Below, piece by piece: positions 13,700 to 28,073 of a stretch of DNA of 64,000 nucleotides. Where the stretch lies: positions 13,741,344-13,805,343 of the forward strand of contig NC_090417.1 of assembly GCF_036365525.1 (NCBI RefSeq). Reading direction: 5' to 3'. How positions within the stretch are numbered: position 1 is the first letter of the stretch; every line of letters begins with the position of its first letter. The position numbers and the translations under genes are program-made. The DNA is from Heterodontus francisci (Eukaryota). The notes beneath the pieces are model-generated. The model was not told the origin of the DNA. It did no database searches and was given only the letters and a program-made list of their open reading frames with translations.

Positions 13700-16400
13700 G
13701 TTGAAGGTCTCGAGGGGGAACGCTCCGGTTGTTGCCTCGATTGTGTAGAGTGGGACCAGCTGGTTCAGGCCACTCGCCTGCCAATTGCTGCCATCCCCTC
13801 CGCACAATCGGGTGAGGCCCCGGTACCAACGTGTACCGAGACCTCCCAGAATATGAGGAAGAGTCCTCCCCTGGCACCAGCTGGCCCTGAGGAGTCCATG
13901 CTGACTGGTGCCAGTATAAGGCTGGTTCCCCCAAGCGCCACAGCTAGTGTTGGTGGTCCTTCACCAGGGACATCTGTGATGCCCTCTGGTGACACCAACC
14001 CAGCCCTTGGACGTTGGTCTCCAGTTGGCGGCAGCTTATCTGGGGGACACCACCCTTGGGGGACTCGACCCCACTTGGGGTCACCTATGTTGGGGGTGAT
14101 TGCCACTTTGGTGAGAGCAGTCGCAGGTCTCCATTCACTTTTTATAGATCTGTGTCTGCCTCCTCACCTCTGTGGCCTCACCTCCAGCCACTCCCTTCAA
14201 TTCCTAAGGGGTATCTAGGTTCCAAGGGTTCTCCAATACAGGGAGGGTACGTGTGCCTCACTGGCACCTCCCCCGAGTGGCAGGGGATCATGTCTCGAGG
14301 GTTTATCTCCATCGGCCCTCGTGTTCATGAGCTCGTAGCTGATTCAGCCGCCCTCGTCTCTGTTCCCAGAGACTTAGTATTGTCAACCTTCCCTGTCGGT
14401 TGAGCCCTTGGAAGCTTCTTGGAGGCACCTCGCCTCGGAAGCCCAGTTGGGAGCCTGAGTTGGACCACGACCTCCAGTCGTTTAGGCTTTCATGTATTTA
14501 ACACAAGGGTGACCTCGAGTCTGAAACTGTGGCTTCCGGAAGTCCCTTCACTTGGAGGTTTGAGTCCATGCTTGGGGTTTTGCAAAAGGCCACAAGCATC
14601 GACCTTTGCTGGATTCTTTTTCCCTTGATAAGCGTCCTCCAGTTAAGGCCAAGTTAGACAGTATCCATAGGACCTCCAGCACCCTGCTTCACACCTTGCA
14701 GTTTACTGGTATCTGGTCAACTGCAGTCGTGAAGGTATCAGAAGGAAAGTTATCGCCTGGTTCCACCCACAAGTGGGATCTGGCGCAGCTTCCTGCAGGG
14801 TTTGGCACATCTCCGCCAATTCCCCAGTGGATCTTGCAACACTGATTAGTATGGCCAAGCACCTTGGGCTTTCTTCAGGTACTGCAGATGCCCCTTGGTG
14901 CCGAGGCCTTCTTTGGTGAGCAAGTGGAGGAGCTGCTGCGGCAGAACCTTCAGGCATTCCCCAATTGGCATTTAAGATGTGGACACTGCTCACTCCAGAA
15001 CTTAGTCTGTCGGCCCCTTCCATCAACCCACCATTCCACTCACATACACATACACTCACTCTCACCAATCCACTCACCTCCAACAGCCTTTCCCAGGCTG
15101 TATCCGGAACGGAATGTCCTTTGTACCATGCTAGCTCCCTGCATTGCAGATTAGGACCTGGAATTCAGGCAGCTAGCGACACTTCATCTTTGATACCCTG
15201 TCCGGCTGCACCCCCCCAAGCTGTGATCCTGCCTTTGCCAATTGCCGGAGGGTGGATCACTCTTGGGTTAACGAGACCAGAAGTAGTGAGTATCCTCTGA
15301 ATTGGCAGCTTGAGCCTCCATGTTTCTCACAATGTGGTTTGCTTTGATGCTCAGAGGAACCATCTACCAGTGGCCATTCTGGCAGGTGACACCATGGTCT
15401 TTTAGTATTGGGACTGAGAGTCAGGGATAGTTCTCCAGAAGAGAACTGTTGGGGAGATTTCTCCAGGTGAAACTTCTGGATAACTATCCCCACTGCCAGT
15501 AATGTTTCCACAGCTCGCCTTTGTCACAGCATCTGAACTTGAGCTGATGCTTTTGGGGAACACTGTCTTCTCCAGGTTCTTCAGCTAATGCTTTGACAAA
15601 TGGGTGATGTTGGGGGAGGTCACATTCAGGATGAATGGGCTTCCAGGCCAGTGGGCGTGCTTGAGCTCACTTGGCATTTCAACAGGCTCGGTCAGGGTGT
15701 GAACGGTATATTAGGACAGTGTGCACTTTCAGACTCGGGACGGCGGGGTAAGTCAGTGTGTCTGCAGACAGACAATATGACAGTAGTCCGGTATGTCTAC
15801 AGGGTGGGACTCCCTCCTGGGTCCCTCTGTCAAAGCGATGCGTTGCTTCCCATTGGTGCTTGTAGGACGGGGTGACACTTTTGCTGCCACATTTGGCCGG
15901 GGTGAACAACACAACAGTCGACACACTCAGCTGCTGTGTAGTTCACCTTCCGAGTGGATGATCCACACTGAGGTGGTCCAGAATATCTTCAGGACTTGGC
16001 GGGGGGTGGTTACCAGATCGATCGACTTGCTCGTATCACCGGACAATCCCCAATCTGCTGGGGGACCTCAGGCAGTCATGGTGGAGACTGGACTGTCTGT
16101 GGTTCTTTCGTTTCGAGATTCTGTTGCTCAGGGTAGCCTGATCTCCAGGATGCTCGGGAAATTTACAGCAGATGGTGGTTCTGGTTAACCTTTCATTGAC
16201 CTCACAAACCGTCCTCCTACATCCTGGTGTTGAATACTGCCGGTCTGATTTCAGGAGCCCACGGAGAAAGCCAAGTTGTTTGGAGATTGAAGACGACCCT
16301 ACTTTTAGGAAGGGAAACATCAGTTTTCATTCCAGCGTCCTCCACACACGGCTGGACACTGTCCAACTGGTACTCAGAGTGAGAAGGGTGGAACCTGCAT
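13700..16400 (+). mobile_element. Decayed DIRS-like (tyrosine-recombinase) retrotransposon
   Basis: Motifs in DIRS order: gag end (LQMPLGAEAFFGEQVEELL), RNase H (WASRPVGVLEL; CLQTDNMTVVRYVYRVG), methyltransferase-like (SEWMIHTEVVQNIFRTW...IDLLVSPDN; LISRMLGKF), YR start (RRKPS). RT mostly deleted. Confidence 0.7.
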
Positions 16401-17809
16401 GGGAACAGACTCCGGCTCCCAGGACAAGTTGATGAAAGTGAGTGTTATTCATGGGAGCCAGCGCCAGAACCAAACTGGAAGCTGAAGGAGATTTGGGTCT
16501 TTCCAGCTTCTGATTGACGGTCTGGCTGTTCAGATAGAATGCCCATCAGATTAGGGTATAGCAGCAATGTGGCACTCATGGTTGTGATGCTCACTTTTAT
16601 CATGTCTGTCCTTGGTCTCTTTAGCCCCTGTTCACAGACAGGCCTCTCCACCCTCCTCGTCCTCAGCACTACTTGGTTCGTCGGCAGCAGTGCATCGAGA
16701 ATGTCTGAATGATGATCAGCGCCCTTGGAAGCTGATCCTTTGCAAGCTGCTCCCTTGTAAGGTTCTCTTCATTCTCCGAGTGACGTGGCTTTTTCCACCC
16801 ACCTGGGTGCCCCTTGGGAATTGGAGGGGGTGTTTGGTATGTAGTTTCCTCGTTCTGGGTTGTCTTTGGGTGTCAACAAGCTGAGTTCTGGGGTGTGCTA
16901 AAATTGAACACAGCACAGGAGCCGGGGAGGGACGGAGGGAGGGGAAAAGCATGTGGGCGTGCCCTCCACGGATAAGGCATTGAAAAAATGTCTTAAAAGG
17001 GAGGTCACGCCTTACGAAATTTTCCCCAGGGAAATTGTGCCGATGCGTCCCGATAATTAGATCCACATTCCCCCCCATTTGGCCGTCAATATTTCAGAGC
17101 TGATGTTCCATCCAAACATTGCTGGCTATGTAACTCAGTTCCAATCGACTGAGAGCCCAGCACAGACTAAAGGAATGGCATCAGTTCCCAACAAATTCAA
17201 AGATGTCACAGTTAGGACTTTTTTGAGAAAGGATTGGGGAAAGTTTTCGTTCAAGTTGGAACGACACAGAAGTGGGAACCCTGGACAGCCCATCAACTGG
17301 CTTCAAGTCAGTACAGAATGCTGGGCTTGTAGCTGCTATTGCAGAGCTAGAGTGCAGATGGTTGGAGACTAGGCTCTGAGGCAGTGTGTTCAGATAGTGT
17401 CTGGGAAAGCTATTGTCTTGGAAAGCAGTGGCTGAAGAGGGCTAGAGTGATCTCCTGGACTTGTTTCGATCGCCTAAGGGGGTCGGAGAGGAATTTCCCA
17501 GATTTTTTTCCCGAATTGGCCTGGGTTTTTCTGTCTGGTTTTTTGCCTCTCTCAGGAGATCACATGGTCTAGGGTGGGGTGGGGAGTCAATCTGTGTTGT
17601 GATGACAAGGCATCGCCGTTGTGTGGGACGTGCTGGACGGAGCAGACAGGAACCTGTCCATCTGTCAATTCTCTCGATCAAGTCACGTTAATTCAACGAC
17701 TTCAATGTGAAATCTGGAAATAAACGTGAATTCAAATTGGACAAACTTTCTGTGTTTTTTTCTGATTTGTGCGCGGGCTAGAATAAGGACCAGAAAGGGA
17801 TCAGTAACA

Positions 17810-18190
17810 CTGGCGAGGCCAGCATTTATTGCCCATCCCTAATCACTCTTGAGAAGGTGATGGTGAAGCCACCTCCTTGAAGAAAGCTGTGTGGCTTGTG
17901 AGGCTACTTCAGAGGGCAGTGAAGAGTCAACCACATTGCTGAGGATCTGGAATCACATGTAGACCAGACTGAAGGACATTAGTGAGCCAGATGGGTTTTT
18001 ACAACAATCCCCTAGTTTCATGCACACCATCACTGATACAAGATTTTTAATTCCACGTTCTGATTTTATGAATTGAATTGAAATTCCCCAGTTGCCTTGG
18101 TGGGATTTGATCTCGTGTCTCTGGATTATTAGTCCAGCTCTCTGGATTACTAATGCAGTAATATAACCACAATGCCACTGTATTGCCCTC
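17810..18190 (-). mobile_element. tRNA-derived SINE, same family as 41490-41870
   Basis: Shares the aaaacccatctggttcactaatgtcc core and a decayed tRNA-like head. Confidence 0.6.
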
Positions 18191-19149
18191 AAGCTGGGCT
18201 ACTGACTGGGTGAACTTTCTGATACACATACGAGGTAAGACCTCAACTCGATCCCCAGTCTGCGACACAAACATATAGAAAGACTATCAGGTCCATCACC
18301 CCATCCAGTAGAACCTCACGCTCTCATGTCCCACCTGACATATTAACGCTATCTCTTGGAATGGAAAGGACCCTCACCAATTCAGGAAAATCCTCTGGGC
18401 AGCTGCTCTGTCAACACCCTGAGGCTCCAGGAGGACACATCATAATCTAACCTGGCCACTAACTCCATGTAACTCACAATGTCCTCTCAGGACCTTAGCC
18501 AGTTCCTCTTTTAAAGGTCTCTCAGTTGCACGTGTTTGTTCCAGAGGGCGACGAGCCTCTGACAAGTGATGGAGTGGTACAGCACAGAGAATGACCATTC
18601 GGCCCATCGTGCCTGTGACAGATCTTTACCGGAGCCGCACACCCAGTCCCACTGCCCTGTTCCCTCCCAACAGCCCTATCACTCCCAATAACCCCCAGTC
18701 CTCAAGGAGACATCCAATTCCCAGCTGATGGATAGAAATTCTGTTAACCAATTCCCAAAGTTCCTGGAACCAAATCCTTTGGAAGCAAACAGGGAACTTG
18801 GCTTATTTAATGACCGAGGAACCAACAGAATTTTCAGGGAGTTCCTCCAAAGTCTGATTAAACAAAACATTATGGAAAAGAAATCCTGGGGGAGGGGTTG
18901 ATGGCTGAAGAACTGAGTGGGGGAAACTCAAGCCTGACCCAAACACACATTGGTGGGAAGCAAAGAGATATACACTAAATACATGGAGAGGAGGGGATAG
19001 CAAGACAAGGGCAAATATAAACTGGTTCGAAGAGAAGTAAAAAAAAAACACAATTCGGCCAATGAACAAAAGAGAAATATTTTAAATAAACCAATGGAAG
19101 TCTGGATGGGAACAGGGGTATTTAATGATGGACATGATACTACAGCAAC

Positions 19150-20270
19150 AACATATTTATATCATATCGTACAACATCCCAAGGTGTTTCACAGGAGTGA
19201 TAGCAAAAAATATCAGACACTGAGTCACAAAAAGAGATATTGGGGCAAGTGACCAAAATCTTGGTCAAAGAAGTCAGTTTTCAGGAGAGACTAAAAGGAG
19301 GAAAGTGAGATGGAGAGGCGCAGAGGGTTTCGGGAGGATATTCCAGAGCTTAGGGCCCAGGCAGCTGAAGGCACAGACACCAATGGTGGATCAATTAAAA
19401 TCGGGGATGTTGAAGAGGCCAGAATTAGAGGAGTGCAGATATCTGGGAGGGTTGTGGGGCAAGAGGAGATTACAGAGATAGGGAGGGGAGAGGCCATGGA
19501 GGCATTTGATAACAAGGCTGTGAATTTTTAAATCGAGACATTATTTGACTGGGAGCCAGCGTAGGTCAGTGAGCACAGGGGTGATATGGGAATGGGACTT
19601 GGAGCAGCAGAGTTTTGGATGACCTCAAATTTCCGGAGGGTTGTATATAAGGGACCAACCAGGAGTGAGTTGGAGCTGTCAAGTGTAGAGGTAAGGTTTG
19701 GGGAAGGGCAGTGGAAGAGGGTTTCAGTAGCAGATGAGCTGAGACGAGCAGAGTCCAACAATGTTCGGGTGCTCGAAATAGACGGCATTAATCTCCAGGC
19801 ACTGATGTGTGGTGGGAATCTCATCTTGGGATCAAACATGACATCAAAGTCGTGAACAGTCCCGTTTAATGTCAGACTGTTGCCAGGGAGAGGGACGGAG
19901 TCAGTACCTTGGGAATGGAGTTTGGAGCAGGGACTAAAAACAATGGCTTCAGTCTTCCCAATATTTAATCGGAGGAAATTTCTGCTCATCCAGTATTGGG
20001 TGTCAGATAAGCAGCCTGATAATTTAGCAACAACAGAGGGGTCGAGGGAGGTGGTGGTGAGGTAGAGCTGGGTGTCATCAGCGTACATGTGAAAACCAAC
20101 GCTGTGCTTTTGGATGATGTTGTCAACGGGCAGGAAGTTGATGAGAAATGGGAGGGAGCCAAGGATAGATCCTTAGGGAATACCAGAGGTAACTGTGCAG
20201 GAGCAGGAAGAGATGCCATTGCAAGTGATTGTCTGGCTAAAATTAGCTAAGAATGGAACAGGTGGGAACA
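19150..20270 (-). mobile_element. L2-clade LINE RT and 3' fragment
   Basis: MYADDTQLYL...WMSRNFLRLNIGKTEAIVF. Confidence 0.85.
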
Positions 20271-20449
20271 GCCCAAGGATGGAATTTGTGACTTTGATAA
20301 GCAGGTAATGACAGAGAAATCACATAAATATTCAAAAATTACTTGGCTGCAGTATTTGCCAGGCATACAGGACAGGTGGACATGACACCAGATGATGAGA
20401 TGAGAAATGAGATAACACTTTAAATGTGATGATTTAATATTTTAACTCT

Positions 20450-21000
20450 CTTTATTTGAAGAGGATAAAATCCCTGTTAAATCCAGACAGATTACACCTG
20501 CGTATTTTTAAGAATAAATTCAAGGGAAGAGATAGCAGACATTACTACATATTATTCATGAATCATTGGAGAAAGATGTCGTGCCAGAAGACTGGTGGAC
20601 AGCTCACGTTATATCTGTATTTCAGAAGGGAACGAGAACATATCCAGGGAACCATAGACTGGTCAGCTTAACATCAGTGGTAGGAAAGGAGAGAGCAGAA
20701 GAACATCTAGAAACCAAAAATATAATGATAAATAGTCAGCATGGATTTCACAAGGGAAAGTCTTGCTTGACCAAACTGGTTAAATGTTTTGTAAAGGTAA
20801 CACAGAGAGTAGACAAGGGTAATGCAGTAGATGTAATTTATCCAGATTTTTTAAAAGGCCTTGGATAAAATACCACATAATAGACTCATGAATCAGGTCA
20901 AGGGACAAGTTGCAGAATGATTAGTTAGCCGACTGCAAGACAGAAAGCATAGAGTAGAGGTAAAGGGTTGTTATTCAGAATGGCACGAAGTGGGGTCCCA
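20450..21000 (+). mobile_element. CR1 RT fragment
   Basis: VPEDWWTAHVISVFQKG...SQHGFHKGKSCLT. Confidence 0.8.
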
Positions 21001-21039
21001 CAAGGAGTGATCCCAGGACAGAGTGTTTCGTGAACTTGA

Positions 21040-22950
21040 GTGCAAAGTCGGGAGTTTGATGCAGGTGGGAATTTAGCAGAGAGTATGAAGGAGCTGCTGC
21101 TTTTTGTACTTGATGAGTGCTCTTCTGTTGTTTTAGAGCTTGGAGACTGTAACTCATCTCACTAAATGAATAACGCATTGACTAATGAAATGAATAAGAT
21201 TGGACAGACATGGCAGGAATGGTGTTGTGCCTTGACTGCAACATGTGGGAGTCTGCAGAATGCATTGTTACCCCAGACAGCCATATCTGCTGTTCGTGTC
21301 TGCAGCTCGAGCAACTTTGGCTTAGAGTTACTGAACTGGTGACTGAGTTGCAGACATTGCGGACATCAGGGAGCGGAGATTTGCCTGAACACTTTGTTCT
21401 GGGAGGCAGTCACACCCCTTACGTTTGGGAGAACCTGAGGTGATCAATGGTCTGGGACAAAAAGCTGTGAATGCAAGTCCGGCAGCTACGGAGATCCAGA
21501 ATGTAGTGATCAATGAGCCTCATCCCTTGACTTTGACCAACGGTGCAGGACACCATTCAAGTGTGGGGAGTGAAAAGGACTAATCGGGAACAGTATAGTT
21601 AGGGGGATAGATACTTTTCCCTGCAGCTGCGACCGGGAGCTCCGAAGGTTGTGTTGCCTGCTGGGCGCCAGGGTTAAGGACGTCTCCTCAGGGCTGGAGA
21701 TGAACTTGGAGTGGGAGGGTGAGAATCCAGTTGATGTGGTCCACATACCAATGACCAACTCGGAGTAGATTGTATCAGTGTTTACCGAGGAAGAAGAATC
21801 TAACAATCTAATCTTTACCAAGGAAGAAGCCGAGAGAGTCGAGGCAATGGATAAGGTAAAAATTGAGAGGAATGAGGTACTGGAAAGGCTGGATATGCTT
21901 AGCATAGATAAGTCACCGAGTCTGGATGGCTTGCATCCCAGGTTGTTCAAGGAAGTGGGGATGGAGATAGTGGAAGAGATTTCCATAATCTTCCAAATTT
22001 CCCTGGATATGGGTGAGGTGCCATTGGATTGGAGATTGGCAAATGTGACACCCTTCTTCAAGAAAGGGGGTAAGGACATTCCTCACAACTACAGGCTGGT
22101 TAGTTGAACATGAGTAGTGGGCAAAGTTTTGGAAAGAACAATGAAGGGTTCAAAAAAACAGGTCCTTGGAGAGGTTTCAGTTAATTAAGGATAGCTAACA
22201 TGAATTTGTACAAGGCAGGTTATGCTCGAATCATCGAATTGAATTTGTTGATGAAGGAACAGAGAAGGTTGATGAAGGGAATGCAGTGGATGTTATCTGT
22301 ATGAATTTGAGGAAAACATTCGATAACGTACACCATAAAAGGCTGGTTAACAGAAGTGAGGCCTGTGGAACAGGAGGGTCTGTGTCCAATTGGATAAAAA
22401 ATTGCCTTAAGGACAGAATGGTTGTTTTCAGGAGGATGGTAGACAGTGGTGTTCTCCAAGGGTCAGTGCTGGGACCACTGCTTTTTTTTTGGACCTTGGA
22501 ATAGGGTAGAATTTCAAAATTTGCTGCTGATACCAGGAGTGGCCAAGAGTAAGGATAATATGAACTGCCTGCAGCAGGACAGAGATAGGCTCAGAGAATG
22601 GGCAGACAGGTGGCAGATGGAATTTAATACAGTCAAACGTGAGGTGATGCATTTTGGCCGAAGAGATCGGGTGAGACAATAAAGACTTCATGGCACAGTT
22701 CTAAAGAGTGTGCAGAAACAGAGGGACCTGCGGGTGCACGTGCATCCATCTCTGAAGGTGACAGAACATAATCGAAAGAGTGGTTAGGAAAGCATATGGG
22801 ATCTTGGGCTTCATAAATAGAGGCATGGAGTACAGAAGCAGGGATATTATGCTGAACCTTTATAAAGCTCTGGTTAGTCCACAATGAGACTATTGTGTCC
22901 AGTTCTGGTCGCCACACCTTTGGAAAAATGTCGGAGGTGCTAGAAAAGAC
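21040..22950 (+). mobile_element. CR1 LINE with 5' end and ORF1 joined to the RT region (internal deletion)
   Basis: ORF1 zinc finger and zipper CLDCNMW...ICCSCLQLEQLWLRVTEL, esterase IGNSIVRG...CCLLGARVKDV; then ORF2 DKSPSLDGLHPRL...GSVLGPLLF. Confidence 0.85.
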
Positions 22951-23243
22951 AACATTTAGTGCCCACCCTGAGATGAATTGAGAAGGTGGTGTTGAGCCTT
23001 ATTCAACCAATGCCCTTTGTGGTGGTTTGATAGACCTGAGTAGCTTGACAGGCCACTTGAAAGGGCAGTGACGAGTCAACCGTGCTGCTGTGGGACTCTG
23101 TCACATACAGGCCAGACCACGTAAGGATGGCAGGTTTCCTTCCTTCAAGGTACATAGTGAACTGGTTGGGTTTGAAACAGAAGATTAGAGCTTCCTGGTC
23201 TCTGAAAGCACAAGAAACTACTTTGTCATTTCATAAGGTACTT

Positions 23244-23249
23244 TTTATT
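23244..23249 (-). terminator. Candidate distal CDS2 polyadenylation signal AATAAA
   Basis: TTTATT on the plus strand at the edge of the repeat-poor block. Confidence 0.55.
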
Positions 23250-23287
23250 TGCAACATATATAAATAGTGTACTCTTTAACACTGTCA

Positions 23288-23339
23288 TATATATATATAT
23301 ATATATATATATGTATAATATATATATATACACACACAC
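23288..23339. repeat. (TA)n/(CA)n microsatellite
   Basis: Direct reading. Confidence 0.9.
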
Positions 23340-26300
23340 TAAATTTGAAATGTTTAATACAAAAACAGGCACATATAGGGCAACACATGGCAGCAGGTAT
23401 CACTTGAACTGAATGTTTAATACTTCACGCAGACACACAGAAAGAAGCATTAATAAAACAAACAATTTAATCAACCACATCACCTAAATAAAGACTGCAT
23501 TCATCTGTTCTGTAGTCTAACTGGTTCTAAAGTCATGCTGTGCCTGGCCAACGAGAGGTTTAAACATTATTGCAGTTTCCTTCATTTTAATACATTAAAT
23601 ATGCAAGACTGTTGCATTTCTGAATGTGCTTCTTTTGGCCTGTCATGTACAACTCAACGTGTCAGACTAGAAATTTAGCTTATTGCTTTGAAAGCCGTCA
23701 TCTTCAGTATCAGAGCTCACGCTGGGGAGTTCACTCACCTGCTCGGTCCTGCATATGTTAGACACTCGTGGGCTCTTAGGATTTTAGTTCCCACCTTCCC
23801 AGCTTCTGGTCTCCCACACCTCTCTCCGTCTGCCTGTCCCCGTACCCCTCTCCTCGGCTCCCACTCTCTGTGGCAGCACTTGTGATCTAGTCAACGGCAT
23901 TACAATCGCTTGGCAGCCACAGTGACTGATGGGTGTCCTATACATACGTCACAAATGTTACTGGATGTAAAGCACATTTTACACGAGTAGATATTGTCAA
24001 CTGAGCTGTTGCATCCCAAAACTGAATTTATTAGGTCACCAATGTGATTGATGCCAGGAAGATTTTTTTTTTAAGTTTGGCAATTCACGTAGAAGGAAAT
24101 TTTGAAAAAAAATTTGGATGAGCAATGTGTGAGATGATCCAAATTGCACGAACAGGATGCCATACTTGTTTAAGGAGCTGTGCCCAGGTGGCACAAGGCT
24201 TTGTGTCTGCTAATGTCGTGAGTTAAAATTCTGCTCTGGAAGTTGCCATTCTGAACCACATTGAGCAGGAAGACGCTGAGTCGAAGTTCTAGTCTCTCCC
24301 AGCAGGAGGGAGTAAAGCACAGAGTACTGATAAAATTCTTGTGGCCAGCTGTAATGGGCTTTGCAGCCAGCTGTGACTTCAGCGGGGTCAGTCCAGGCGG
24401 ATTTAAAAAAAAAAGAGGCGAATCTTATCCAAGAATATTCCCAGAAAGTAAGAAAAAAGCTGCATCAACATTTTTAATTTTCATCTCCCCTCAAAAGCAT
24501 TCCAGTTAGTTTGGAAGCTTTATTAACTGGATGCAAGTCTGGGAGTCGGAGCTGGGAAAGTCATTCAGTGTCAGCATCTCACAGACCTGGCTCAGAGGCA
24601 AAGTAAAATATCCCTCAACAATTCATCTTAATCCCAAACTCTGAACAGCACTTCATATTGTCCCCACACTTGCTGTCCATGTATCCTCTTCCAACTGTGA
24701 GACTTAAATCAGACGGACAAACTCCAACATCTGCAGAGAGGACCCTCTCTTTATAACCTGCCCCAGCTCCTCAGAGTTACCAGGTGTCATTCCCTATCTT
24801 TAAAGCATCGGCTACATGAGTTAAATTTGTGGCTGTGCTATTTTAACTCATTTATAGCTCTACAGTCGTGTTAAGATATCAGGAACAGGTATTTTAATTT
24901 TGTCAAACAACAGGCCAAGAAGGAGCAAGATGTTGAACCTCCCTTCAGTCAGACAGACACAACACTTACTCAGAAGGTCTTCATCTAATGAATGCCGTAC
25001 AACAGTGCATGGACATTATTTAAGGAATTGAAACACATCACAGAGTTTCCACAGAACAGAAAAGAACATTGCATTCCAAAACCTTGAATTAACACAATCC
25101 CTGAAAGCTCCCTCACGCCCCACACCATTTTTCAATTTAGCTTTTGAAGAAATACCCCCTGAATTTAAAAAAAAACTGAAAGCCATTGACTACTGCTGCT
25201 CTGATTCTGGTTGGCATCTCTCTTGTCGACGTTGGGGTAGGAACAGTGCACTGGAAGCAGGGAGGCAGAGTGAGGGAAAGAATCACTTTAGTGCAAGCCA
25301 CGGGGCCTGGTGACCAGGTACCACAGGAAGTGACGAGGAAGCCAATGTGTTTCGGGTTGTTAGGCCGATATGCAAAAGTCTTAATTCCTGCGGGCAGGAG
25401 CCAATATCCTTCATTATGACAGAGTTGCAGTGAGATTCTGCAGAGAATAGTTAATTATTTTTTCTAATTGAGCATTGCATTGCCATTATCACAAGTGCTT
25501 GCTAAAACTTTTCCTGCATTAATAGCCCAGGTGACAGTAACAGCTTTGGCACTTAGCTCATTTACTTCTGTTTACTGATGGTGTTAGCAGTGGTAATCCA
25601 GCAAGGCCAGTTGCCAGAGTGATCTTCAGAACATTACTTGGTCTAAAGGGTTAATGTGTCCCAGCTACCCGACAGCCGAATTTCCAGATGTGATGCTGAA
25701 ACAGCTCATGTGTCGAGATGCTGCACTACCAATGCAAACAGGATGAAATTTAGCTTGAATTTGGCAGGGCCATGGGATTCTCATCGTTCGAATCAAACAA
25801 GGACTTCAGTTCAATTGTAAAGGGAAGTTTGTCTTTTTAGGCAGTCATTTATACCAGTTTTTTTGAAATAATAGACCAAATCCTAAACAGTCGAACAGCT
25901 TTGTCCTTCATCGAGCTTACAAAAATATACAAGCTGTTTGAAGAACTGATTTTTTTTTTTAACATCACTGATTTTTCAATGGACTTTTTTTTAAAGATTC
26001 TCTCAAAGTTTTCAGGTTTTTGTTGAAAGGTTCAATTTTGACACAGGGATACTGTAGAATTTTCTGGTCTACACATGTGCAGCCACTTGGTCCTGGCCAC
26101 TGTGTCCGTAGGCTTCCACTCTCAAACTAAGCACAAAACTTGATTCAATTATGTTCTGTAGACTTTTAACAATGACTCTTCAATCAAAAGCTAACAATAG
26201 AAAAATTCACAGTCGATGAAAAAATACTGGGAACGTTTTCACGCTGAATATATTTGTGCTGTCATGCAGAAATCCTGCAACAGTAGACAACTGAAAGGAT

Positions 26301-28073
26301 TCAAAGGGAAGGCTACTGCAATACATTTGGGGTTCTAAACCTGCAAGCCCTCGACCAGTTTGCACGGCACAAGAGAAGCTACGAGCTCAGAATTTGTTCT
26401 CCCGCTCAAATCCTTGCTCAGATCACGGCCTGCACTAATTTCCCTGGGCGCTCGCTCCCCATGCAAACAGGGATTGACTCCAAGTCTAGCAACTGGCCAG
26501 AAGCATTCTGAGAATTCTCCAGGTTACAGATCTTGAGAATTCCCTTTGACGAGTCCTACACTCTTGAGCAATTTTAGAAACTTGACCTTTGCTTGATCAG
26601 GGCATTTTAAAAATGATCTCCAGGCAAATGAGCTGGTCTCAGTCAGAATATACATGGAATTCAATAAGCCTGTCATTTGATGCCAAGACCATGTTTTCAT
26701 AAAAGGCATTTTTATTTTCTATTCATTCCAACCAGACATAATTTCTCTCAACAGCGGGAACTACCAGGAAAAAGTCTGGGAAATACTTTACTGTCCTGGC
26801 CCGAATTTTATTTCAGTGAAATTGCCAAATTGATGCTGACTTGTCGACTCCGAGGCACCAGATCCGAGTTGAAACTATCCCAAACTAACTTTATGTAGCA
26901 AGATATCTGCCACTCAACCAAGAGAAATCACAGCATTCTGGGATGGTCTGAAATCCGAGTTTGAGATTTGGCTGGACAATGTCCGACCAGCTGGTTCACA
27001 CTTCAAAGGGAAAAGGGAGCCACACTGACGCTTGTGGCTTTGTCCAAGTGGTTTCAAGATGTTGAGGTGCATCCGCAGTGCAACCTAAGCAATAACGCCG
27101 TTGGTTTACAGGTTGAACATTAATGGCCCTGCCAATAACCAGTCACCCCCTTGCCACTATCACTGAACACTGGCATTCCTGTTGCTGTGACCTGAATTAA
27201 TCAGTTCTATTTCATCAATTTCAAAGCAGGACCTCTCCAAATCAATAAAGTTGTCGTGGCTATCTCAAATGAGTGAAAGTGAACTGGAAAAATAACTGTT
27301 CTGAAAGAAACTTGCACCAGACTGAATCAATACCTGAGTGGTTCGCACTCGTACTGTCCCATCACACACCCACTGACCAATCCCTCCTCACAGCACCCGA
27401 TCCCAACTCATCCACCCAAGAGAAAGCAACTTTCAACCAAGTTCTTAACTCTGGCACAGTGATTCTTCAGACAGCTGCTCCCAATAATTTGCAACCTTCT
27501 TCTGCACTCACGTACACCAAGTCTTTCATCACTTTCACATGCACCTAACAATGCAGCTCTGTAATACAGAACTTTAAAAAAAAAACGCTACTGGAGTGCT
27601 GAAAAGAGAGAAAATAACACAAGCAAAAAGATGCTCATTAATGGCACAGGATATGACAACTTAAAACATGTTTGTCTCCTTTCATTCCCCACTGAACAAA
27701 AGCGCATGAAACTGTGCAGTGAAGTAGACTCCACAGCAGGTCAATCCGAAGGTGTGTGCACTTAACTGTTCAGAAGTGTACCCTGCCTAGTTTACACAAG
27801 GATTGTCGACACGGCATTATCAGAATTGTTCTGGCAGCAATGGCAAAGCCAAAGACAGAAAACTGACCGACGATGGGGATCAACAGAGGAGTTCAGCAAA
27901 ACGGGCCAGGTGACAAGGCAGCTCACGAAAAATATTACTTGGAAGAACGGAATTTCTCGCTCATCCAGCTTTTGTTGGATATCTAATGAAATGATCACTT
28001 GCACAGTCTCCCTGGACTATTTTCCGTCACACAATATTTTCCACCGCTGTCCTGTTTGCTAAGTGGGATTTTC

